Below, one piece after another: positions 39,401-52,800 of a stretch of DNA of 64,000 nucleotides. Location of the stretch: assembly GCF_009914755.1 (NCBI RefSeq), contig NC_060943.1; one strand, written 5' to 3'. The position numbers and the translations under genes were made by a program. Numbering within the stretch: the first letter of the stretch is position 1; every line of letters begins with the position of its first letter. The notes below the pieces were generated by a model, which saw only the letters and a list, made by a program, of their open reading frames with translations, searched no databases and was not told where the DNA came from. This stretch comes from the human T2T-CHM13v2.0 reference genome, Homo sapiens.

Positions 39401-42400
39401 TTTAACCTTTCTTTTCATAGAGCAGTTGGGAAACACTCTGTTTGTAAAGTCTGCAAGTGGATATTCAGACATCCTTGAGGCTTTCGTTGGAAACGGGATT
39501 TCTTCATATTCTGCTAGAAAGAAGAATTCTCAGTAACTTCCTTGTGTTGTGTGTATTCAACTCACAGAGTTGAACGATCCTTTACACAGAGCAGACTTGA
39601 AACACTCTTTTTGTGGAATTTGCAAGTGGAGATTTCAGCCGCTTTGAGTTCAATGGTAGAATAGGAAATATCTTCCTATAGAAACTAGACAGAATGATTC
39701 TCAGAAACTCCTTTGTGATGTGTGCGTTCAACTCACAGAGTTCAACCTTTCTTTTAATAGAGCAGTTGGGAAACACTCTGTTTGTAAATTCTGCAAGTGG
39801 ATATTCAGACTTCTTTGAGGCCTTCGTTGGAAGCGGGATTTCTTCATATTCTGCTAGACAGAAGAATTCTCAGTAACCTCCTTGTGTTGTGTGTATTCAA
39901 CTCACAGAGTTGAACGACCCTTTACACAGAGCAGACTTGAAACACTCTTTTTGTGGAATTTGCAAGTGGAGATTTCAGCCGCTTTGAGGTCAATGGTAGA
40001 ATAGGAAATATCTTCCTATAGAAACTAGACAGAATGATTCTCAGAAACTCCTTTGTGATGTGTGCGTTCAACTCACAGAGTTTAACCTTTCTTTTCATAG
40101 AGCAGTTAGGAAACACTCTGTTTGTAAAGTCTGCAAGTGGATATTCAGACATCCTTGAGGCTTTCGTTGGAAACGGGATTTCTTCATGTTCTGCTAGACA
40201 GAAGAATTCTCAGTAACTGCCTTGTGTTGTGTGTATTCAACTCACAGAGTTGAACGATCCTTTACACAGAGCAGACTTGAAACACTCCTTTTGTGGAATT
40301 TGCAAGTGGAGATTTCAGCCGCTTTGAGGTCAATGGTAGAATAGGAAATATCTTCCTATAGAAACTAGACAGAATGATTCTCAGAAACTCCTTTGTGATG
40401 TGTGCGTTCAACTCACAGAGTTTAACCTTTCTTTTCATAGAGCAGTTAGGAAACACTCTGTTTGTAAAGTCTGCAAGTGGATATTCAGACATCCTTGAGG
40501 CTTTCGTTGGAAACGGGATTTCTTCATATTCTGCTAGAAAGAAGAATTCTCAGTAACTTCCTTGTGTTGTGTGTATTCAACTCACAGAGTTGAACGATCC
40601 TTTACACAGAGCAGACTTGAAACACTCTTTTTGTGGAATTTGCAAGTGGAGATTTCAGCCGCTTTGAGGTCAATGGTAGAATAGGAAATAACTTCCTATA
40701 GAAACTAGACAGAATGATTCTCAGAAACTCCTTTGTGATGTGTGCGTTCAACTCACAGAGTTTAACCTTTCTTTTCATAGAGCAGTTAGGAAACACTCTG
40801 TTTGTAAAGTCTGCAAGTGGATATTCAGACCTCCTTGAGGCCTTCGTTGGAAACGGGATTTCTTCATATTATGCTAGACAGAAGAATTCTCAGTAACTTC
40901 CTTGTGTTGTGTGTATTCAACTCACAGAGTTGAACGATCCTTTACACAGAGCAGACTTGAAACACTCTTTTTGTGGAATTTGCAAGTGGAGATTTCAGCC
41001 GCTTTGAGTTCAATGGTAGAATAGGAAATATCTTCCTACAGAAACTAGACAGAATGATTCTCAGAAACTCCTTTGTGATGTGTGCGTTCAACTCACAGAG
41101 TTCAACCTTTCTTTTCATAGAGCAGTTGGGAAACACTCTGTTTGTAAAGTCTGCAAGTGGATATTCAGACTTCTTTGAGGCCTTCGTTGGAAGCGGGATT
41201 TCTTCATATTCTGCTAGACAGAAGAATTCTCAGTAACTGCCTTGTGTTGTGTGTATTCAACTCACAGAGTTGAACGATCCTTTACACAGAGCAGACTTGA
41301 AACACTCTTTTTGTGGAATTTGCAAGTGGAGATTTCAGCCGCTTTGAGGTCAATGGTAGAATAGGAAATATCTTCCTATAGAAACTAGACAGAATGATTC
41401 TCAGAAACTCCTTTGTGATGTGTGCGTTCAACTCACAGAGTTTAACCTTTCTTTTCATAGAGCAGTTAGGAAACACTCTGTTTGTAAAGTCTGCAAGTGG
41501 ATATTCAGACCTCCTTGAGGCCTTCGTTGGAAACGGGATTTCTTCATATTATGCTAGAAAGAAGAATTCTCAGTAACTTCCTTGTGTTGTGTGTATTCAA
41601 CTCACAGAGTTGAACGATCCTTTACACAGAGCAGACTTGAAACACTCTTTTTGTGGAATTTGCAAGTGGAGATTTCAGCCGCTTTGAGGTCAATGGTAGA
41701 ATAGGAAATATCTTCCTATAGAAACTAGACAGAATGATTCTCAGAAACTCCTTTGTGATGTGTGCGTTCAACTCACAGAGTTCAACCTTTCTTTTCATAG
41801 AGCAGTTGGGAAACACTCTGTTTGTAAAGTCTGCAAGTGGATATTCAGACTTCTTTGAGGCCTTCGTTGGAAGCGGGATTTCTTCATATTCTGCTAGACA
41901 GAAGAATTCTCAGTAACTGCCTTGTGTTGTGTGTATTCAACTCACAGAGTTGAACGATCCTTTACACAGAGCAGACTTGAAACACTCTTTTTGTGGAATT
42001 TGCAAGTGGAGATTTCAGCCGCTTTGAGGTCAATGGTAGAATAGGAAATATCTTCCTATAGAAACTAGACAGAATGATTCTCAGAAACTCCTTTGTGATG
42101 TGTGCGTTCAACACACACAGTTTAACCTTTCTTTTCATAGAGCAGTTAGGAAACACTCTGTTTGTAAAGTCTGCAAGTGGATATTCAGACCTCCTTGAGG
42201 CCTTCGTTGGAAACTGGATTTCTTCATATTATGCTAGACAGAAGAATTCTCAGTAACTTCCTTGTGTTGTGTGTATTCAACTCACAGAGTTGAACGATCC
42301 TTTACACAGAGCAGACTTGAAACACTCTTTTTGTGGAATTTGCAAGTGGAGATTTCAGCCGCTTTGAGTTCAATGGTAGAATAGGAAATATCTTCCTATA

Positions 42401-45400
42401 GAAACTAGACAGAATGATTCTCAGAAACTCCTTTGTGATGTGTGCGTTCAACTCACAGAGTTCAACCTTTCTTTTCATAGAGCAGTTGGGAAACACTCTG
42501 TTTGTAAAGTCTGCAAGTGGATATTCAGACTTCTTTGAGGCCTTCGTTGGAAGCGGGATTTCTTCATATTCTGCTAGACAGAAGAATTCTCAGAAACTTC
42601 CTTGTGTTGTGTGTTTTCAACTCACAGAGATGAACGATCCTTTACACAGAGCAGACTTGAAACACTCCTTTTGTGGAATTTGCAAGTGGAGATTTCAGCC
42701 GCTTTGAGGTCAATGGTAGAATAGGAAATATCTTCCTATAGAAAGTAGACAGAATGATTCTCAGAAACTCCTTTCTGATGTGTGCGTTCAACTCACAGAG
42801 TTTAACCTTTCTTTTCATAGAGCAGTTAGGAAACACTCTGTTTGTAAAGTCTGCAAGTGGATATTCAGACCTCCTTGAGGCCTTCGTTGGAAACGGGATT
42901 TCTTCATATTATGCTAGACAGAAGAATTCTCAGTAACTTCCTTGTGTTGTGTGTATTCAACTCACAAAGTTGAACGATCCTTTACACAGAGCAGACTTGA
43001 AACACTCTTTTTGTGGAATTTGCAAGTGGAGATTTCAGCCGCTTTGAGTTCAATGGTAGAATAGGAAATATCTTCCTATAGAAACTAGACAGAATGATTC
43101 TCAGAAACTCCTTTGTGATGTGTGCGTTCAACTCACAGAGTTCAACCTTTCTTTTCATAGAGCAGTTGGGAAACACTCTGTTTGTAAAGTCTGCAAGTGG
43201 ATATTCAGACTTCTTTGAGGCCTTCGTTGGAAGCGGGATTTCTTCATATTCTGCTAGACAGAAGAATTCTCAGTAACTGCCTTGTGTTGTGTGTATTCAA
43301 CTCACAGAGTTGAACGATCCTTTACACAGAGCAGACTTGAAACACTCTTTTTGTGGAATTTGCAAGTGGAGATTTCAGCCGCTTTGAGGTCAATGGTAGA
43401 ATAGGAAATATCTTCCTATAGAAACTAGACAGAATGATTCTCAGAAACTCCTTTGTGATGTGTGCGTTCAACTCACAGAGTTTAACCTTTCTTTTCATAG
43501 AGCAGTTGGGAAACACTCTGTTTGTAAAGTCTGCAAGTGGATATTCAGACATCCTTGAGGCTTTCGTTGGAAACGGGATTTCTTCATATTCTGCTAGAAA
43601 GAAGAATTCTCAGTAACTTCCTTGTGTTGTGTGTATTCAACTCACAGAGTTGCACGATCCTTTACACAGAGCAGACTTGAAACACTCTTTTTGTGGAATT
43701 TGCAAGTGGAGATTTCAGCCGCTTTGAGTTCAATGGTAGAATAGGAAATATCTTCCTATAGAAACTAGACAGAATGATTCTCAGAAACTCCTTTGTGATG
43801 TGTGCGTTCAACTCACAGAGTTCAACCTTTCTTTTCATAGAGCAGTTGGGAAACACTCTGTTTGTAAAGTCTGCAAGTGGATATTCAGACTTCTTTGAGG
43901 CCTTCGTTGGAAGCGGGATTTCTTCATGTTCTGCTAGACAGAAGAATTCTCAGAAACTTCCTTGTGTTGTGTGTTTTCAACTCACAGAGTTGAACGATCC
44001 TTTACACAGAGCAGACTTGAAACACTCCTTTTGTGGAATTTGCAAGTGGAGATTTCAGCCGCTTTGAGGTCAATGGTAGAATAGGAAATATCTTCCTATA
44101 GAAAGTAGACAGAATGATTCTCAGAAACTCCTTTGTGATGTGTGCGTTCAACTCACAGAGTTTAACCTTTCTTTTCATAGAGCAGTTAGGAAACACTCTG
44201 TTTGTAAAGTCTGCAAGTGGATATTCAGACCTCCTTGAGGCCTTCGTTGGAAGCGGGATTTCTTCATGTTCAGCTAGACAGAAGAATTCTCAGAAACTTC
44301 CTTGTGTTGTGTGTTTTCAACTCACAGAGTTGAACGATCCTTTACACAGAGCAGACTTGAAACACTCCTTTTGTGGAATTTGCAAGTGGAGATTTCAGCC
44401 GCTTTGAGGTCAATGGTAGAATAGGAAATATCTTCCTATAGAAACTAGACAGAATGATTCTGAGAAATCCTTTGTGATGTGTGCGTTCAACTCACAGAGT
44501 TTAACCTTTCTTTTCATAGAGCAGTTAGGAAACACTCTGTTTTTAAAGTCTTCAAGTGGATATTCAGACCTCCTTGAGGCCTTCGTTGGAAACGGGATTT
44601 CTTCATATTATGCTAGACAGAGGAATTCTCAGGAACTTCCTTGTGTTGTGTGTATTCAACTCACAGAGTTGAACGATCCTTTACACAGAGCAGACTTGAA
44701 ACACTCTTTTTGTGGAATTTGCAAGTGGAGATTTCAGCCGCTTTGAGTTCAATGGTAGAATAGGAAATATCTTCCTATAGAAAGTACACAGAATGATTCT
44801 CAGAAACTGCTTTGTGATGTGTGCGTTCAACTCACAGAGTTCAACCTTTCTTTTCATAGAGCAGTTGGGAAACACTCTGTTTGTAAAGTCTGCAAGTGGA
44901 TATTCAGACTTCTTTGAGGCCTTCGTTGGAAGCGGGATTTCTTCATATTCTGCTAGACAGAAGAATTCTCAGTAACTTCCTTGTGTTGTGTGTATTCAAC
45001 TCACAGAGTTGAACGATCCTTTACACAGAGCAGACTTGAAACACTCTTTTTGTGGAATTTGCAAGTGGAGATTTCAGCCGCTTTGAGGTCAATGGTAGAA
45101 TAGGAAATATCTTCCTATAGAAACTAGACAGAATGATTCTCAGAAACTCCTTTGTGATGTGTGCGTTCAACTCACAGAGTTCAACCTTTCTTTTCATAGA
45201 GCAGTTGGGAAACACTCTGTTTGTAAAGTCTGCAAGTGGATATTCAGACTTCTTTGAGGCCTTCGTTGGAAGCGGGATTTCTTCATGTTCTAGACAGAAG
45301 AATTCTCAGTAACTGCCTTGTGTTGTGTGTATTCAACTCACAGAGTTGAACGATCCTTTACACAGAGCAGACTTGAAACACTCTTTTTGTGGAATTTGCA

Positions 45401-46828
45401 AGTGGAGATTTCAGCCGCTTTGAGGTCAATGGTAGAATAGGAAATATCTTCCTATAGAAACTAGACAGAATGATTCTCAGAAACTCCTTTGTGATGTGTG
45501 CGTTCAACTCACAGAGTTTAACCTTTCTTTTCATAGAGCAGTTAGGAAACACTCTGTTTGTAAAGTCTGCAAGTGGATATTCAGACATCCTTGAGGCTTT
45601 CGTTGGAAACGGGATTTCTTCATATTCTGCTAGAAAGAAGAATTCTCAGTAACTTCCTTGTGTTGTGTGTATTCAACTCACAGAGTTGAACGATCCTTTA
45701 CACAGAGCAGACTTGAAACACTCTTTTTGTGGAATTTGCAAGTGGAGATTTCAGCCGCTTTGAGTTCAATGGTAGAATAGGAAATATCTTCCTATAGAAA
45801 CTAGACAGAATGATTCTCAGAAACTTCTTTGTGATGTGTGCGTTCAACTCACACAGTTTAACCTTTCTTTTCATAGAGCAGTTAGGAAACACTCTGTTTG
45901 TAAAGTCTGCAAGTGGATATTCAGACCTCCTTGAGGCCTTCGTTGGAAACGGGATTTCTTCATATTATGCTAGACAGAAGAATTCTCAGTAACTTCCTTG
46001 TGTTGTGTGTATTCAACTCACAGAGTTGAACGATCCTTTACACAGAGCAGACTTGAAACACTCTTTTTGTGGAATTTGCAAGTGGATATTTCAGCCGCTT
46101 TGAGTTCAATGGTAGAATAGGAAATATCTTCCTATAGAAACTAGACAGAATGATTCTCAGAAACTCCTTTGTTATGTGTGCGTTCAACTCACAGAGTTCA
46201 ACCTTTCTTTTCATAGAGCAGTTGGGAAACACTCTGTTTGTAAAGTCTGCAAGTGGATATTCAGACTTCTTTGAGGCCTTCGTTGGAAGCGGGATTTCTT
46301 CATGTTCTGCTAGACAGAAGAATTCTCAGAAACTTCCTTGTGTTGTGTGTTTTCAACTCACAGAGTTGAACGATCCTTTACACAGAGCAGACTTGAAACA
46401 CTCCTTTTGTGGAATTTGCAAGTGGAGATTTCAGCCGCTTTGAGGCCAATGGTAGAATAGGAAATATCTTCCTATAGAAACTAGACAGAATGATTCTGAG
46501 AAATCCTTTGTGATGTGTGCGTTCAACTCATAGAGTTTAACCTTTCTTTTCATAGAGCAGTTAGGAAACACTCTGTTTTTAAAGTCTTCAAGTGGATATT
46601 CAGACCTCCTTGAGGCCTTCGTTGGAAACGGGATTTCTTCATATTATGCTAGACAGAGGAATTCTCAGGAACTTCCTTGTGTTGTGTGTATTCAACTCAC
46701 AGAGTTGAACGATCCTTTACACAGAGCAGACTTGAAACACTCTTTTTGTGGAATTTGCAAGTGGAGATTTCAGCCGCTTTGAGTTCAATGGTAGAATAGG
46801 AAATATCTTCCTATAGAAAGTACACAGA

Positions 46829-49800
46829 ATGATTCTCAGAAACTGCTTTGTGATGTGTGCGTTCAACTCACAGAGTTCAACCTTTCTTTTCATAGAGCAG
46901 TTGGGAAACACTCTGTTTGTAAAGTCTGCAAGTGGATATTCAGACTTCTTTGAGGCCTTCGTTGGAAGCGGGATTTCTTCATGTTCTGCTAGACAGAAGA
47001 ATTCTCAGAAACTTCCTTGTGTTGTGTGTTTTCAACTCACAGAGTTGAACGATCCTTTACACAGAGCAGACTTGAAACACTCTTTTTGTGGAATTTGCAA
47101 GTGGAGATTTCAGCCGCTTTGAGTTCAATGGTAGAATAGGAAATATCTTCCTATAGAAACTAGACAGAATGATTCTCAGAAACTCCTTTGTGATGTGTGC
47201 GTTCAACTCACAGAGTTTAACCTTTCTTTTCATAGAGCAGTTAGGAAACACTCTGTTTGTAAAGTCTGCAAGTGGATATTCAGACCTCCTTGAGGCCTTC
47301 GTTGGAAACAGGATTTCTTCATATTCTGCTAGACAGAAGAATTCTCAGTAACTTCCTTGTGTTGTGTGTATTCAACTCACAGAGTTGAACGATCCTTTAC
47401 ACAGAGCAGACTTGAAACACTCTTTTTGTGGAATTTGCAAGTGGAGATTTCAGCCGCTTTGAGGTCAATGGTAGAATAGGAAATATCTTCCTATAGAAAC
47501 TAGACAGAATGATTCTCAGAAACTCCTTTGTGATGTGTGCGTTCAACTCACAGAGTTCAACCTTTCTTTTCATAGAGCAGTTGGGAAACACTCTGTTTGT
47601 AAAGTCTGCAAGTGGATATTCAGACTTCTTTGAGGCCTTCGTTGGAAGCGGGATTTCTTCATATTCTGCTAGACAGAAGAATTCTCAGTAACTGCCTTGT
47701 GTTGTGTGTATTCAACTCACAGAGTTGAACGATCCTTTACACAGAGCAGACTTGAAACACTCTTTTTGTGGAATTTGCAAGTGGAGATTTCAGCCGCTTT
47801 GAGGTCAATGGTAGAATAGGAAATATCTTCCTATAGAAACTAGACAGAATGATTCTCAGAAACTCCTTTGTGATGTGTGCGTTCAACTCACAGAGTTCAA
47901 CCTTTCTTTTCATAGAGCAGTTGGGAAACACTCTGTTTGTAAAGTCTGCAAGTGGATATTCAGACTTCTTTGAGGCCTTCGTTGGAAGCGGGATTTCTTC
48001 ATATTCTGCTAGACAGAAGAATTCTCAGTAACTGCCTTGTGTTGTGTGTATTCAACTCACAGAGTTGAACGATCCTTTACACAGAGCAGACTTGAAACAC
48101 TCTTTTTGTGGAATTTGCAAGTGGAGATTTCAGCCGCTTTGAGGTCAATGGTAGAATAGGAAATATCTTCCTATAGAAACTAGACAGAATGATTCTCAGA
48201 AACTCCTTTGTGATGTGTGCGTTCAACTCACAGAGTTTAACCTTTCTTTTCATAGAGCAGTTAGGAAACACTCTGTTTGTAAAGTCTGCAAGTGGATATT
48301 CAGACATCCTTGAGGCTTTCGTTGGAAACGGGATTTCTTCATATTCTGCTAGAAAGAAGAATTCTCAGTAACTTCCTTGTGTTGTGTGTATTCAACTCAC
48401 AGAGTTGAACGATCCTTTACACAGAGCAGACTTGAAACACTCTTTTTGTGGAATTTGCAAGTGGAGATTTCAGCCGCTTTGAGGTCAATGGTAGAATAGG
48501 AAATATCTTCCTATAGAAACTAGACAGAATGATTCTCAGAAACTTCTTTGTGATGTGTGCGTTCAACTCACACAGTTTAACCTTTCTTTTCATAGAGCAG
48601 TTAGGAAACACTCTGTTTGTAAAGTCTGCAAGTGGATATTCAGACCTCCTTGAGGCCTTCGTTGGAAACGGGATTTCTTCATATTATGCTAGACAGAAGA
48701 ATTCTCAGTAACTTCCTTGTGTTGTGTGTATTCAACTCACAGAGTTGAACGATCCTTTACACAGAGCAGACTTGAAACACTCTTTTTGTGGAATTTGCAA
48801 GTGGATATTTCAGCCGCTTTGAGTTCAATGGTAGAATAGGAAATATCTTCCTATAGAAACTAGACAGAATGATTCTCAGAAACTCCTTTGTGATGTGTGC
48901 GTTCAACTCACAGAGTTCAACCTTTCTTTTCATAGAGCAGTTGGGAAACACTCTGTTTGTAAAGTCTGCAAGTGGATATTCAGACTTCTTTGAGGCCTTC
49001 GTTGGAAGCGGGATTTCTTCATGTTCTGCTAGACAGAAGAATTCTCAGAAACTTCCTTGTGTTGTGTGTTTTCAACTCACAGAGTTGAACGATCCTTTAC
49101 ACAGAGCAGACTTGAAACACTCCTTTTGTGGAATTTGCAAGTGGAGATTTCAGCCGCTTTGAGGTCAATGGTAGAATAGGAAATATCTTCCTATAGAAAG
49201 TAGACAGAATGATTCTCAGAAACTCCTTTGTGATGTGTGCGTTCAACTCACAGAGTTTAACCTTTCTTTTCATAGAGCAGTTAGGAAACACTCTGTTTGT
49301 AAAGTCTGCAAGTGGATATTCAGACCTCCTTGAGGCCTTCGTTGGAAGCGGGATTTCTTCATGTTCAGCTAGACAGAAGAATTCTCAGAAACTTCCTTGT
49401 GTTGTGTGTTTTCAACTCACAGAGTTGAACGATCCTTTACACAGAGCAGACTTGAAACACTCCTTTTGTGGAATTTGCAAGTGGAGATTTCAGCCGCTTT
49501 GAGGTCAATGGTAGAATAGGAAATATCTTCCTATAGAAAGTAGACAGAATGATTCTCAGAAACTCCTTTGTGATGTGTGCGTTCAACTCACAGAGTTTAA
49601 CCTTTCTTTTCATAGAGCAGTTAGGAAACACTCTGTTTGTAAAGTCTGCAAGTGGATATTCAGACATCCTTGAGGCTTTCGTTGGAAACGGGATTTCTTC
49701 ATATTCTGCTAGAAAGAAGAATTCTCAGTAACTTCCTTGTGTTGTGTGTATTCAACTCACAGAGTTGAACGATCCTTTACACAGAGCAGACTTGAAACAC

Positions 49801-52800
49801 TCTTTTTGTGGAATTTGCAAGTGGAGATTTCAGCCGCTTTGAGTTCAATGGTAGAATAGGAAATATCTTCCTATAGAAACTAGACAGAATGATTCTCAGA
49901 AACTCCTTTGTGATGTGTGCGTTCAACTCACAGTGTTTAACCTTTCTTTTCATAGAGCAGTTGGGAAACACTCTGTTTGTAAAGTCTGCAAGTGGATATT
50001 CAGACATCCTTGAGGCTTTCGTTGGAAACGGGATTTCTTCATATTCTGCTACAAAGAAGAATTCTCAGTAACTTCCTTGTGTTGCGTGTATTCAACTCAC
50101 AGAGTTGAACGATCCTTTACACACAGCAGACTTGAAACACTCTTTTTGTGGAATTTGCAAGTGGAGATTTCAGCCGCTTTGAGTTCAATGGTAGAATAGG
50201 ATATATCTTCCTATAGAAACTAGACAGAATGATTCTCAGAAACTCCTTTGTGATGTGTGCGTTCAACTCACAGAGTTCAACCTTTCTTTTAATAGAGCAG
50301 TTGGGAAACACTCTGTTTGTAAAGTCTGCAAGTGGATATTCAGACTTCTTTGAGGCCTTCGTTGGAAGCGGGATTTCTTCATATTCTGCTAGACAGAAGA
50401 ATTCTCAGTAACCTCCTTGTGTTGTGTGTATTCAACTCACAGAGTTGAACGACCCTTTACACAGAGCAGACTTGAAACACTCTTTTTGTGGAATTTGCAA
50501 GTGGCGATTTCAACCGCTTTGAGGTCAATGGTAGAATAGGAAATATCTTCCTATAGAAACTAGACAGAATGATTCTCAGAAACTCCTTTGTGATGTGTGC
50601 GTTCAACTCACAGAGTTTAACCTTTCTTTTCATAGAGCAGTTAGGAAACACTCTGTTTGTAAAGTCTGCAAGTGGATATTCAGACATCCTTGAGGCTTTC
50701 GTTGGAAACGGGATTTCTTCATATTATGCTAGACAGAGGAATTCTCAGGAACTTCCTTGTGTTGTGTGTATTCAACTCACAGAGTTGAACGATCCTTTAC
50801 ACAGAGCAGACTTGAAACACTCTTTTTGTGGAATTTGCAAGTGGAGATTTCAGCCGCTTTGAGTTCAATGGTAGAATAGGAAATATCTTCCTATAGAAAG
50901 TACACAGAATGATTCTCAGAAACTGCTTTGTGATGTGTGCGTTCAACTCACAGAGTTCAACCTTTCTTTTCATAGAGCAGTTGGGAAAGACTCTGTTTGT
51001 AAAGTCTGCAAGTGGATATTCAGACTTCTTTGAGGCCTTCGTTGGAAGCGGGATTTCTTCATATTCTGCTAGACAGAAGAATTCTCAGTAACTTCCTTGT
51101 GTTGTGTGTATTCAACTCACAGAGTTGAACGATCCTTTACACAGAGCAGACTTGAAACACTCTTTTTGTGGAATTTGCAAGTGGAGATTTCAGCCGCTTT
51201 GAGGTCAATGGTAGAATAGGAAATATCTTCCTATAGAAACTAGACAGAATGATTCTCAGAAACTCCTTTGTGATGTGTGCGTTCAACTCACAGAGTTCAA
51301 CCTTTCTTTTCATAGAGCAGTTGGGAAACACTCTGTTTGTAAAGTCTGCAAGTGGATATTCAGACTTCTTTGAGGCCTTCATTGGAAGCGGGATTTCTTC
51401 ATGTTCTGCTAGACAGAAGAATTCTCAGAAACTTCCTTGTGTTGTGTGTTTTCAACTCACAGAGTTGAACGATCCTTTACACAGAGCAGACTTGAAACAC
51501 TCCTTTTGTGGAATTTGCAAGTGGAGATTTCAGCCGCTTTGAGGTCAATGGTAGAATAGGAAATATCTTCCTATAGAAAGTAGACAGAATGATTCTCAGA
51601 AACTCCTTTGTGATGTGTGCGTTCAACTCACAGAGTTTAACCTTTCTTTTCATAGAGCAGTTAGGAAACACTCTGTTTGTAAAGTCTGCAAGTGGATATT
51701 CAGACCTCCTTGAGGCCTTCGTTGGAAACAGGATTTCTTCATATTCTGCTAGACAGAAGAATTCTCAGTAACTTCCTTGTGTTGTGTGTATTCAACTCAC
51801 AGAGTTGAACGATCCTTTACACAGAGCAGACTTGAAACACTCTTTTTGTGGAATTTGCAAGTGGAGATTTCAGCCGCTTTGAGTTCAATGGTAGAATAGG
51901 AAATATCTTCCTATAGAAACTAGACAGAATGATTCTCAGAAACTCCTTTGTGATGTGTGCGTTCAACTCACAGAGTTCAACCTTTCTTTTCATAGAGCAG
52001 TTGGGAAACACTCTGTTTGTAAAGTCTGCAAGTGGATATTCAGACTTCTTTGAGGCCTTCGTTGGAAGCGGGATTTCTTCATATTCTGCTAGACAGAAGA
52101 ATTCTCAGTAACTGCCTTGTGTTGTGTGTATTCAACTCACAGAGTTGAACGATCCTTTACACAGAGCAGACTTGAAACACTCTTTTTGTGGAATTTGCAA
52201 GTGGAGATTTCAGCCGCTTTGAGGTCAATGGTAGAATAGGAAATATCTTCCTATAGAAACTAGACAGAATGATTCTCAGAAACTCCTTTGTGATGTGTGC
52301 GTTCAACTCACAGAGTTCAACCTTTCTTTTCATAGAGCAGTTGGGAAACACTCTGTTTGTAAAGTCTGCAAGTGGATATTCAGACTTCTTTGAGGCCTTC
52401 GTTGGAAGCGGGATTTCTTCATATTCTGCTAGACAGAAGAATTCTCAGTAACTGCCTTGTGTTGTGTGTATTCAACTCACAGAGTTGAACGATCCTTTAC
52501 ACAGAGCAGACTTGAAACACTCTTTTTGTGGAATTTGCAAGTGGAGATTTCAGCCGCTTTGAGGTCAATGGTAGAATAGGAAATATCTTCCTATAGAAAC
52601 TAGACAGAATGATTCTCAGAAACTCCTTTGTGATGTGTGCGTTCAACTCACAGAGTTTAACCTTTCTTTTCATAGAGCAGTTAGGAAACACTCTGTTTGT
52701 AAAGTCTGCAAGTGGATATTCAGACATCCTTGAGGCTTTCGTTGGAAACGGGATTTCTTCATATTCTGCTAGAAAGAAGAATTCTCAGTAACTTCCTTGT

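Noticed and set aside
42109-42120. CAACACACACAG apparent (CA)n microsatellite seed
   Set aside because: It is explained by two point substitutions with no length change and is too short to call a microsatellite.
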